Origin: Chrysomallon squamiferum | Lineage: Eukaryota; Animalia; Mollusca | Direction: 5' to 3' | Assembly: GCA_012295275.1 (NCBI GenBank) | Contig: CM022671.1 | Span: 10,974,001-11,038,000 of the forward strand | DNA: 64,000 nucleotides | Part shown: positions 29,605-42,713 of the stretch, in pieces | Position numbering within the stretch: the stretch's first letter is position 1 | How the letters are laid out: the number at the start of each line of letters is the position of its first letter | The notes under the pieces: generated by a model | Told to the model about the DNA's origin: nothing | Seen by the model: the letters and a program-made list of their open reading frames with translations, nothing else | The model's database searches: none | Translations under genes and position numbers: made by a program

Positions 29605-30076
29605 CTGCTGTAGATGCTCGTAAATGTAATCGATTTCTCACCTACCTGTCTTTTACTACAGCAGACAGACAAAGCAAAATTAGCCTCGTTTAAATAATAA
29701 AACTCAGCTGTAACTCCCTTTTCCTTACCGTTATGGATTCTGTCGTTGTGCTGGAAAGTATTATCTATTTTTTTCTTTTTTAAAATATTTATGTCGATCT
29801 CTGAGACACGCTACTAATACTAAATCAAATAATCTTCTACTTGTAAGAAATGTATTTTAACTTCTACTTGAAATTAAGCATTTTATTATTATTATTATTA
29901 TTATTAGCTTTAGCGAAAGATATTTTGTGCATAGAATATTTTCGCAGAATAATATTTAAATTATTAATTTGATTTTTGAAATTTGCCCAAACGAAAACAA
30001 AGAGAATAAAATAAAATAAAATAATTGACTATAATATTCTTATCTTCTGAATTTTAAAATTGAACTGTTTATTTAT

Positions 30077-30109
<33 letters not shown>

Positions 30110-31299
30110 GGTTAAAAGACAGAATAAAAAGGAATGAAAAATGTTTAACTTCTGATAAAACGAATGTCTATATAGTTCTCGCAAACTGCTGTCTGTTGAG
30201 TTTGGTAGTCTAAAAGTATCTGTTAACAGGGTTTTCAAAACAACATATTCATACTTCTACGAAGCACTGGAAGGCTATAATTCTCAACAATCCCATAGCT
30301 TTCGAGTACAAGCTCCTGAGTATATTAATGCTTAATGATATGCTTTTGTAAGAGGTAGGTGACATGAAGTGTGTAGGATGTATGAAGTGGAAACAGGGGG
30401 ATGTCTTGAGCCATTCAGCAGAAGCTCTTGGGTGAAATCCATAACACCCCAAGTATACACAATTAAAAGTGGACATATTTCCATTGTTGCTGTACATTTG
30501 CTGTGAACTGCCGAGGAAAACATCTCTCCCACGTTCTTGTAGAATTTAAACTAAAATATAAATGTTCAGAGAGAAATCAAGCAGAATATACATTTCAAAA
30601 CTAATCTATAAATGTTGACAGAGAGAGAAAACAAAATGTCGCATATGAACGCGGACAAAATCTCAAAGCATTATGGAGGAATTCTGTTTGGTAAAACGAG
30701 TGTCATATAAACATGCAACAACAGTAAACGTTTTACATCAATCAAACGAATATATTTTTTTCCAGGAAGAGCATAGTCAAACCTTTTATTCTCACGTACA
30801 CGAGAGAAGTTCTTGAGTTCCATGTCTAACCCGAACGTCAACAAAGAAACAAAAACCTTTTCTTTGACTTACAGATTACTGGATTTAGTATCATTAAGGT
30901 TAACTTTTACAAAATATATAACATTTTCTTACCATCAAATTCATATTATTTTATCTAACACTGCAAACATTTTAGAAAAATCTAAGGTTTCTTAAACTTG
31001 AAGAACTGAAGTGTTTGTTTGCCTGTAGAGTTTTCTGCTAACGAAACTAGGTAAATATCGATGAAACTGGAAAGAACATTACGTGGAATAATAACTGTAA
31101 TTACGTGAGATGTCACGCTCTCACATTTATGTGATCTGGTATTCTGAGTCTCAGCTTTACACTGAGCCACCCAGTGTACCAGGTTACAAACTCAGTGTTG
31201 GATGTCAGTTATAATGAATATTAAGAAAAATATGATATAATCCATATAATCCGTAGCCATAGCTCGTGCATGATTTCGAGTTATTTGACAGAATGACCA

Positions 31300-31694
31300 A
31301 TATTTCAGAGAAAAGGTTTTGTTAATTTACTATTATTGTATTCTGCATCTACTTGTCAAAAACAAACTTTGAAAGCAATAACTTAGAGATAAACAAATAT
31401 ATTTAAAATAATCCCTAACTACGCTAAAAATTTACCGGATTCGGATAAGTAAGCAGTTTTCAAAATTTTGTTTGTAAATCTGAATTTCGTTAACTAGAAA
31501 ACCGTGTAAATGCTCAAAAGTCTCTGACTTTTAAATTAGACGTCTTCAGTTTTTTATATATTTAATTTAGTTATACAGATCACCGACAGTATAAACTTAT
31601 CAATTATAAATTATATTTCTGTCTTGCGCGATATTTACGTTTGTTGAAGATTATCTGTGACTGTATGGACAACAGCAACATTAAAACCAAATAA

Positions 31695-31737
<43 letters not shown>
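31300..31737 (+). mobile_element. Dispersed repeat copy B with (AAT)n tail
   Basis: Second diverged copy of 13831-14260; the flanks of the two copies are unrelated. Confidence 0.7.
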
Positions 31738-31743
<6 letters not shown>

Positions 31744-32974
31744 CAGATCTTTAACTTTTCCGTTAATGTTTATTATTTTCATTACAAAAGAAACACGTTT
31801 TATTACTATTTACCGTATTAGTTTTCACATACAGAATTTACGGACAATTAACTGTTTGCGGTTCGTGGCGTTAATTGCCCAGCCTCATCATTGCAAGAAA
31901 TATTGATTTGTGTCGTGGTTATTTAATTTTTAATATCGTACACACCCTCATAATCTGAGCATGCTGTATTCTTGCTACCATTGTCCCGAGTTTTTAAATA
32001 AATGCTTTATGGAAGTTTAACCATATAATTAGAGCGACTAAATTGACTTTCAAGTAAAGAGACATTGTTTAAATAATTGATTTTTTATATTGCTTGTTCA
32101 TTGTTAATTGATTATTAGGGGGGAAAGAAGAGAGAAACAGAAACATTAATTTAAATATATATATATATATATTTGCCACATAAAATAAGAGCAAGAAAGA
32201 GAGAGAATAAATAGTGTTATCAGTAACATGTTTCAAATTGTCCCGTCTATGTTTAAACATAAAACGAACATGAAATAAACGACACACATATATGCATGTC
32301 TGTCTCTTTTTCTCTACGTATGTATAAATGTGTGGTTATGGGTATGTGTGTTTTTAATGTATGAATGTTTGTGTGTGTTTGTTTATCTATGTAAGTATGT
32401 ATCTTCCACACTTTTTATATTTAGTTGTACAGACAGAGTTTCATACAGTGAAAACAATAATGCTATGTGTTATTTGGAATGACTGTCATGTAAATAATTA
32501 TTTAAAAATCATAACGCAGTCATTGCTAATTCCATGTTTTTAGGTGTTTTTTTAAATTTAATTTTATTTATTTATTTATTTATTTATTTTATTTTTATTT
32601 TATTTTTTATTTTTCACTTTCAAAATAATTATATACAGCTGAGATAGAAAAAACATTAAAAATGATTTCGAATATAAGTATTATTCTGAAAATGGAAAGG
32701 AAACGAACAAAAAAAATGAGATGTATTTGGTTTGTTTTCGTATTACTTAATTTTGTTTTCTTTAAAATCAATATTTCTGTATATTATTATTATTTTGTTT
32801 AAATCAGTTCAGTATTATAATTTCTATTTAGGGAACAGTATATTATTTCTATCTGAGCATTTATTTTCTTTTAACAAAACTATTTATTATCGTTCACAAA
32901 TTTATCACAAAATCGTCTGAAGCAGAAGCGATCCCTGCAGTTGTTGATAAATCAAGCCATTGATGATGTGTCAC

Positions 32975-33236
32975 TAATGCTGATTGGCTGAAACTACTCC
33001 AGTCGTCTGCCCAACGGATGCTACTTTCTTCATGACTTTCTCTCATATTCTTTGACGGCTGGAAGTTCTGACGATATGACACCAATCACCGCTGCTGATT
33101 AGTGGCGCTGGAGAAAAACCTGTCCGCCGCGTGCTGTAACGTCACGGTCTTTCTGTTGGTGTTCACGGTTGGCAGTCAATGGATTTTTGACGCCTGTTTA
33201 TCATAAGAGGAAACATAATATCAGATCAAGGTACGT
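32975..33236 (+). promoter_or_regulatory. Putative promoter and non-coding first exon of the prohormone gene (donor at 33230/33231)
   Basis: Locally GC/CpG-richer island with CCAAT boxes in both orientations (tgattggct about 32981; accaatca 33081), ending in a strong donor CAAG|gtacgt followed by AT-rich intron-like DNA. The link to the acceptor at 42503/42504 is inferred. Confidence 0.45.
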
Positions 33237-36200
33237 ATGTATGCTTTTTTATATTAAGATTGTGTTTTAATTCAAAAATTAGTAATATAAGTTTTAAAAC
33301 TGTGGTTTTTTTTTCTGTGTTCATTATACATTATTAGTAATATTAGCAAATATAAATAAATTACTCTGTGAATTTGTTGAAAATAATATTAATTAGTAAT
33401 ATATATATATCGATCTCTTTATTATCTGCACCTTCGAATGACAGACTTAAAAAAAATTCATTTTACAATATGACAAATTTGACAGGATTAATATTCAAAC
33501 GTAATATTAATAAGTGAAAAATGAGAAAATGAGAGAGAAATAGAATGAGAGAGAGAGTGAAAAAAGAGATTTTTATCATCAGTTAAAAATGATGAATACA
33601 ATTTATACTGAATAGCTACAGATACGTCTATCACAGTTTGCGGTTTTCATTGAACTACTGGAACTAATTTATATAATACACATTTACTACTGATATTAAT
33701 GGTTCTGTGAGAATCTGAGGAAGTTATCAGACAGTTTAGTTTTACGATCTGTAATTTATACATCCAAAATACTTACCGTTTCCTCCGTCAGGTGGCAGAT
33801 ACCATTTCTTTCTCACTGGAAGATGTATTATAGCTGTTACCTTCCGACTGTCATTAACTTTATATATGATTAGTCACTAACATTTTGTTCCAGAGAACCT
33901 GACAACTGCAGGTAGCATGGTCACATTAATTTCAGTCTGCCCTTTATCACACAGTTTATTACTGACTCCAAACGAATTTATTTTACACCAGTCTCTTGGG
34001 ACAATTACTGATTCTTATGTCACATTTCAGCCCGCTTGAGATGATGTATGGTACTATCTTATGAATATTAAATTATTTTCCCAAAGTCTTGTGTGACAAA
34101 ACATTATGAACAATGTCCACGACAAAAAGATCATAACAGAGATTGCGGTTACCAAACACGTTTCAGAATAAAGACCATGGACTTGTAAATATCAGCATTT
34201 GAAAACAAATGTAAGACTCATTACGCGGACTACCAAGCTTAAACAGTCACTTAACACAAAGAAGTCATTTCAGTGTCATTACATGTACTCAGCCGCAGTC
34301 CTTAGAACATAATTGTTATCTAAACTTTCCTTTTCTGTATTACTAAAATTATTATGAATCTCTGTAATTTATAGAGCCGAAAGAAGAAAAAAGACTTTTA
34401 AGTTTATACTATTGACTCCCACTCAAAGATCTACACACATTTCAGTTCTACGGTTTAACGTGATTTTAACCATTCGAAGTGTCTTTAATACGTATGGAAG
34501 TGTGTATCATGAATGAGCAATTAATTCTGTTTATGAATGTTAATATCCAGAAAGACAGAAAAATGAACGTCTAGAACCTCATTTTTCATATCTATTTCTT
34601 AATAAAATATTATTAATATAATTAAATACATTTTCAGGTTTGCACTTAAGAAATATTTTCACACACACACACAGAGAGAGATAGACAGACAGACAGACAG
34701 ACACATAGACAGATAGACAGTTAGATAGATATAGATAAACAAGTGAAAAGGTCTACTTTCAATAACAATGAGGTATAACTAACAATCAATGTAAATGTAT
34801 GCAAAGCTAGCAAATTAGCAATCAAGTCAACATCACCGAACTGACTGATGTAATTTCCTACGTTCTGATCTACTGATATTGTTTTTTTGTGGGGGGGGGT
34901 TGTATGTTGTTTGTTTTTTTGTTTTGGGGTTTTTTTTGTGTGTTTTTTTGATGAACAGTCTTTATGTATCTCTCACTTTTATTAAATAGTTTTTGTTTTC
35001 AAATTTTTGTTTCATTGCGCGGTATTGAAGCTAATATACATCTGTCTGTAGGAAATACGTTTTATTTATTCCTTGACTAAGTTATTTATTTTAATTTTAT
35101 TTACAATGCAAAAAATAATATTATGTTTGTTTCTAATTTCTTTACTTTCTTATATCGTATAAGAATTTTTAAAAATATTATTTATTTAGAATGTGGACAG
35201 TTATTCAGACAAATATTGAAAACAGTGCATGCCCAACTCGTAAAAACACATTTTCAACGAAACGTGAATATTACGTAAATTATGATTAATACAGTAACTC
35301 ATGTTGTGTTGATTCGAAACATTTCCTTTGGCCATCACTTCTGCTCCTTCTATAATCTGTGTCATTTGGCGGCCGTTAAAGTTTCATCTTGAGTACTTTT
35401 ATGGAAAAATTTCCTTTGGATAAGAACTTCAGCTGGAACAAACTACTCCATGATTACTCATTCACTGACCATTACCGCGTGGTCTGCGGCGCTGAATCGC
35501 GGTAATAACTCTCAGATGGAAGTCAGTGTGTCCGGCGGCGTGTTGTCCTGCGCCAGTAGCTGGGCAGCTCGGTGTCGGTGTTATTGGACATCTTGTGTGT
35601 TTATTGCACATTTGTGAAAAGCCTTGCAGACAGCGTCCACTCCCTCTTTACTTACAGCTGACGTCGTCTGAAGTAGTCGCTGACAAAACGGGATCGGCTC
35701 GTTTTTGCCGTGCAGTTGAACTGACAATAAACTGTCTCAACGTGCTGATGAAATATCGACGTCAGAACGTGCCAGGATACAGAATAGTTTTCTAAATGCA
35801 CTTCTGTTATAGATTCAGTTAGGAAATTTGTTTTCTATGCCATTGAAGTTTAGTTTCTATACTTTTTATTTTAGAGGAGTTTTAAAGTAATGGCAACTGC
35901 ATCATTCACGTTTTATAAATTCCTGACTTCAGTGGTCATTGAAATTTCATATTTCTAATGTTTACATATCTATTACGTCAAATTGTTTGCGATATGTTAG
36001 CTTTTGCTTAAAAACGGATCAGTTAACTAAACAGTGCTTTTTATTATTTTATTTTTTTTAAAAGCACCTAAATCATTTCATCTTGTTTCTAGCAAAAACT
36101 TATTTTTGAATTAATAAGTCTAAGTTACCATCTTTAAAAAAGGTTTCACATCTTCCTGATTTTTGATTTTTTAAATTATGTTTATAATTTTATATATATA

Positions 36201-39200
36201 AATAAAAAAATATATATAGTTCAGTCGTATAAAGAGCAAATGTCTATATTAAATATCATCCAATCAGTAGCATTTCTTTAAAAAAAACATCATGACATTT
36301 TATTAGTAAAAATATGTTCATCCTCGTCATTTATTACTTGTGACTAAATATAAACGTGTTCAGTACCGCCCAGTGATCATCAATAGAAAACATACTTAAT
36401 TACAGTACTATAACCCACTTTCTACAAACGCCTGCATGAATACACCTACACACGCCAACACCCGATTAAGAAGAATGCGAATTCTATTCATGTTCTGTGT
36501 AATTTAATTCATAAAAGGAGAAGACTTCAACCAACAAAATGTTTTCCAGGTTTAGAAGTTTTTATTTTAAAAGGTCTATATTTTCTGTTCTCAATGCAGC
36601 ATAGTTTTAAATAGGCGGTTTTAATATACATATGTAAAAGTACATCATAGTCGATTTTCATTTCATTTATTTAAAGAAAGTTCAATAGACAAAACCATAA
36701 ACGCATGTGTGTTTGTTTGTTTGTATGTATGTATGTTTGTGTGTATGACACGCTTATTATTATTAAAATAATTATAATAATAATAATAAAAAAAAAAAAC
36801 AACAACAACAACTCTATTAGTGATAATACGTGTATTATATCAATAGCAGTGTAATAGCAGGGTTGGATGCAACAAAAATAATGAAGTAGTAGTTGTAATA
36901 ATAATCATAGTCGTAGCAGTAGTAATACTATTCATGATAGTAATCGTTCTAGTAGCTGTATGTGATGTAATGTATTACAAGGAAAACGATAACAAGTAAA
37001 TCAGTGTTGTATTACGTTCAGGCACTATTTTTTGTTGAGATAACTAAATGTTAATCAAAGTCTTTATTACTTAAATAAGTACAAAAATCAATGCATACTT
37101 CTTTTTGCCGTACGCGCGTACCTACTAACATGCATAGATAGATACGTGTGTAATTAGCTACACATGCACACAAACATATACACGTACGTACGTATGTACA
37201 TACATTCAGACATAACTATCTACCTACATAAACATATGGTCGTTAAAAAAAAAAAAAAAATTAAAACGCATAAATTTATTTTGTTTTTTTGTTTAAATGT
37301 AGGTTTTAACGTAGTTATTATTATCAATGCTTTTGTCCTTTTTTTCCCTTTCTTTTCCTTTCTGTAATTTCTGGTTATTTATTATTCTTGATATTATATT
37401 TTTAAAAATTATTTTTCTTCTTTAAGAATCACATAAGAAACGTGGCGAGCTGGATTAATGAAGCTGTTTGAATTAGGCAGACAGGTTTTTGTAAGGGAAT
37501 TTATCAGTGCGCAGAAATGTCTGACAAAACGCTCAGATAAAGAAAAATCCTTTTCACTTCAGCGTAGAAAATTAATTCTTATTATATTTTCTGATTTTTC
37601 GGTTAATAATTTCACTGCTTTACGTAGTTTCGGTTGTTGTATATTCATCTTCTGTTTTGTGGCTTTTTTGTGTTACTGATATTTCAAGATGTTGTGGTAG
37701 TATTAGGGTAATCCCACTGAAGGCCACTTCGTTGTTTTCTCAGGACATTGAACGCAGAATTAATGAGAAAAAAGAAGATTTGTGCCATGGGAAGGGCAGG
37801 TTGATCATTTTGACAATAAATTCGAAACTAATTAGAAAAATATGACTGAACTTTGAAACGCAGTTTGTTGCACCTGCAACAGGAAATTAGTGTTTACTGT
37901 TTTTTATTATTTTATTTTATTTTTATTATTTTATTTATTTATTTATATTATTTTGTTCTTGGAGCACTGTCGTTGTCTGAACTGTAAATAAATGAACTAA
38001 AAAAAAAAAAAGAAAACAATGAAGAAAAAAGAAAACAATAAATCATTTGTTTGTTTTGTTTGTATACCTCTGTGTAAGCGCATAATATACAAACGTTTCG
38101 GTAGCTTTAGGACTGATGTTGCTGTAACAGGAGCTACGTGTATGTTTAAAATAAATAAATGATGTATAAAAGATTTTGTACCTACTTATAATGTACATGT
38201 ATGTAGCAGATTAATGTGTTTGTATAGCTCTGATTTCAGAAAGGTGTTTTTTATTTGGTTTTTTCTTGTTTCTTTTGTGTGTTTTTTTTTTTTTCCCTTC
38301 GCCTTTTTTCTCCCCTTTAACTCTCTCTGGAAAAAATAGAGAAAAAAAAAGATGATATAATAAGAGACAGAAATGGCCTGAAGTATTACTTTGTGGACAA
38401 AGACAAGTTGGTTATTTCTGTATCAACTCGACTGCGCATTTTAACACGAATAACCTCAAATAAAACAAACTTAACTGAAGAAGTGAAAATCTTGTCATCG
38501 AGCAAGTTCACACACTGTAATTAAATTTCAAAGCACTCAACAGAGAACTGGTGTCGACTTTAATTCATCACAGCTGTCTGCAACAGCGAAACCGTTTGTT
38601 TTGTGTTTCTCTTTGTACGATTCAGTCCGTCACGTTTCTTCTCCAGCACAAAGCTGTATGTAATAATACGTTTTATAAGTACACCGTTTTTAGTTCGAAT
38701 TACTCGACTTTTCCCTCAGGAACTGGTGTTGACATTTCCATGCAAGACAAGTGTCGGCGGTATACCAGTCCACGGAGTAAAATAAACCTGTAATTTGATC
38801 TTATTTCTAAAAAAAAGTGGATATTTTCTTCAGTTGTGTGTGTGTGTGTGTGTGTGTGCTTAAATCCAGCTATGTATCAATAACATTCAAGCATCATCGA
38901 TATATGTATGTATATGTATGAATATATTCGAATATTCAGACTTCGATGTTTCCAGTGTTAAAATATATTTCATTATTCTTAGTCTCTGTTTTCTCGTTTT
39001 CAAACTATGCATTTTTGAAACGTGAATTTGACAAAATATTATATATAATAAATTTTTTACATATTCTAATAATTTCCAAAATTATACTCACCTCGTTATT
39101 CTGAATTCTGTATTTACTAGAAAATATGCAGCTCGTATATTAAAACACTACATGTCAGTGTATTATACACAATATTTTGACATAGTTTCATCTTACCACA

Positions 39201-41726
39201 GATTTGTTTTGTTTAGTTTTATCTAACGTTATTTTTAACATTAAAGGAATTAATCAAAGATTTTTAAAAACTACAAAACACGTTTTACTCGTCAGTTTCA
39301 CTCAGTTCGCATGACTCGTCCAACGTCGTTTGATTATTTACTTTCATCTTCGTTAAGAATCCAAGAAACAAACGACTTTGTTCGTTTTTTTTCCGTGATC
39401 TGATAATCAGTAATAATGTAAAAAAAAAAAAAAAAAAAATTACATTAATTTTTGTAATCAAGACATTACGGTTAGATGTATTGGTTTAACTACAACAAAG
39501 ACTAGGTTACTGAAAGAGACATTGCGTCATCCCGCTGCAAGTTTCTGAATGTAATGTTTTCTCTGATAGTACAAACTACAAACGGCCCCGCAACCTTAAT
39601 AACTAATAATTAATCTTTTGTGGTTTTAAAGAGCAATTAATTATAACTGTAAATATTTTGTTGCATTTGAAGCTTTGTTGTAAGCTCTGAATGTATCGAG
39701 GTTTGGCGTAGTCTCTGAAAACAGAAATGCGGTCGAGATGCAATACGACAGTAGCTGTACTACATTATTCACGTTAATGAGAATTAAACACCCAGATTTA
39801 TATAAAACGTTACAAAATTATGTTGGGGGAAATAAAGAATTTCACGTTATAGTATTATTTACTGGACTGTTTTCCGTATTAGCAAATATTTTTACGAACA
39901 TTATTTTAATATGTCGGAATTGAATGTTCAGAACTTGTAAGCTGGTTTTAAATAAATGACTGACGAAAAAAAAAAATTAATAAAATAAAGACGATTCTAT
40001 CATACAAAAGCATACTTACATTTGTTCACAGAGGAAGTTCACTTTCATTCAGAATCTCATGATTAGATTTTGATTTAGTAATTAATATAATACTGCTGTT
40101 TTCGATTTCTTTGCCACACCAGACATGTAAATATTTTAAATTAACAGTGAACAAGTTCAAACTCTTAGAGCGGCTAAGGAGAGTCTTCTTCGTTTTATCT
40201 TCAGACTCCAAGTTTGAGCAAATCTCTCCTGTTTACTACTGCCACATTAAAATAAATCAGAGGAATAATCTTTGTGCTGAACAAAGTTTTATTTAAAACT
40301 GCCTGAAGGCTCCTTGTTTTCATTATCAGATCTGGAAATCAGGAAAACAAGACAAAAACATTTATTAAAGTTTAATGAAGAGTAAGTTCGTGGAAAGGTG
40401 TTGATGAAGTCTGCGGACTGCGAGGAATCTTGTATAAATAAACTTAACTGTCCACGAGACAGCACGTACCACGAGTTTCAGTGACACAGCCTGGCTGCAC
40501 GAGATTAACAAACGAAAGTTTTGAAAATTCTGATAATCAAATAAGCTGTTGTATAATTCATTATTTTAGTGTTCGCAAAAGAGAAGACTATATCAGAAAG
40601 ACAGTATGGCGAAACTAAAATATGTTTTCCAATATTTAGATTAATAGTTTGCTGAAGCAATTTTACACTTTCTGAATTCTTATCAAAATATCGCTTTAAA
40701 AACAAAATTCACTGTACCGACATTTTCTTTTTGCAGCGTTAATCATTTTCCACATAAGATGAATGTAAAAAAAATAACTAAAAAAACATCGAATCCAAAA
40801 TCAGGTTGTTTCTTTTTTTCTTAATAATAAAAACAATTCTTATTTTAAGATGAAAAACATATTAACAATTGGAAATTTACTTCACTGATCATTTGAATTT
40901 GTTACTTAAACAAATTCACAGAAATAATATTTAAATACTTTTGTTTATTTTCTTTCTGACAGATTAACAAAACACTATTTTAATATTCTTGCATATGAAT
41001 GTGCATTAAAACTATTGCCTAAACAATATAAAATTAAGTTAACAATGAAGTACGTAAAGCTATAGAAATGGTTCAGGTATATTTTATTTATGTATTTTAT
41101 ATGTACTTGTATTTATACAGAATCAAACATTTAGTATTTGAGGCTTAAGTTTTGTTTAGATGACAAGTTAATTTGTCATGAACAAACAAAGGGAAATTGC
41201 TCTTCGTTACGGCTCGCTGAATTCCATCAGGTGATGAAAAGATCTCGTTCAGAATAAACCAGCGTAAAACAGCGCGTGGAATCATCTATTAACAAACATC
41301 GCGACGTTGTAATCAAAACAAAAGGCTAAACACTTATCCACATTTAGAAACAATTAAGCAATGTTATATTAAGCAGGAGTAAAATAATTATTGTTATCTG
41401 GGTTAACCTGATTTATCGCGTACTTCACAATCAGTCATTTTAGCAAATCTGAATATTTTACTAAGTTACATGCATCTCATTTCAGAAAATTTTGGTTCAG
41501 TTAATTAAATATTTAAGCATCTATGACATCTAGTTGCTATTACAATAATAACCATCTTCATGAAAACGTTTCAAAATTGTCGAACAGTAAGCCGAGTCAG
41601 AGCCTGGTTTTCAGAGTAAAAGATGCGCACCTAATGGTTTAACTGTCGACACCAACTAACATACTGAATTCACTGAGAGTACAAATTGTTTTCACATCAT
41701 TAATACTTGCAAAACCTTTCTCAGTT

Positions 41727-41915
41727 ATTATAGTAATAAAACATTTTTGATGTAGACAACATGATACTTATAAAATATTTTTCAGTGTATTGAGAGAATT
41801 ATAGTAATAAAGCATTTTTGATGTAGACAACATTATACTCATAAAACATTTCTGAGTTCATGGTCAGCATTATACCCTTAAAACATTTTTGACGTTTACA
41901 ATATTATGCTCATAT
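41727..41915. repeat. About 71-bp degenerate tandem repeat, 2-3 copies
   Basis: attatagtaataaa(a/g)catttttgatgtagacaacat at 41727 and 41798, with a diverged third copy. Confidence 0.75.
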
Positions 41916-42513
41916 TTTTAATTGATGTAGCTACCACTGTTAACAAATACAGTCATTATCTTTTCAGTCTAATGCAACTAATTATAATAGCAAACGTAAC
42001 TGCGTTTAAGCAAAAAGTTAAATTAAAAACGAACTAAATGTAAAAACTGAGTTAGCTATCAGCAGTATTCATTACAATAAATATCAGCCGTTTGATGAAA
42101 TGATTTTCTTTCATTTTGCCAGTTTGCATTACGTGCGGCGTAAAACAGCTGAATTTAGGTCGTAACGTGCGGTAACGTGCTCTGTGCTCGTTCATCACAC
42201 ATCAGCGTGTACAGAGATGTCCGCAACGTTTATCTCCAAACGATTTTAAACTGACGCGACAAGATGTACGTGAAGCATGGATTCCCTGGGACACAAGGGA
42301 AACGTCACCAGTACGCGGTTTTTAACCCACAGTTAGTCATGAAAGGACAATTTTACAGTGGGAACAATTAAGAGTTGTATAAACAACAGTGCTAATATAT
42401 ATATATATATATATATATAATTACGATGCATGATCCGATGTTATTTTGAAATGGTCTTAAAAGAATCGTAGTTTATATTAAAATGAATGTTATTATTTTA
42501 CAGGTGTTTTATT

Positions 42514-42586
42514 ATGGAGACGTGGCTATGCATATTACTACACCTGTTGTATATCTGTGGGGTAGGATACTGCGTAACAGAAAGAG
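42514..42586 (+). CDS. Neuropeptide precursor, coding exon 1 (signal peptide)
   Basis: Acceptor ttattttacag| at 42503, 10-nt UTR, attATGG start, hydrophobic core [12 protein letters not shown] with a G-Y-C small-residue cleavage pattern, donor AG|gtaaga at 42587. Confidence 0.75.
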
Positions 42587-42639
42587 GTAAGATTCTATAC
42601 TGACACGTTTTAGAAATAATTATTATTAATCTAGCTATG

Positions 42640-42675
<36 letters not shown>

Positions 42676-42677
42676 CT

Positions 42678-42713
<36 letters not shown>

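Noticed and set aside
30249-30540. Complex, moderately GC-rich block with two short minus-strand ORFs
   Set aside because: No recognisable protein motif in the frames I read and no convincing splice sites; possibly an old repeat fragment.
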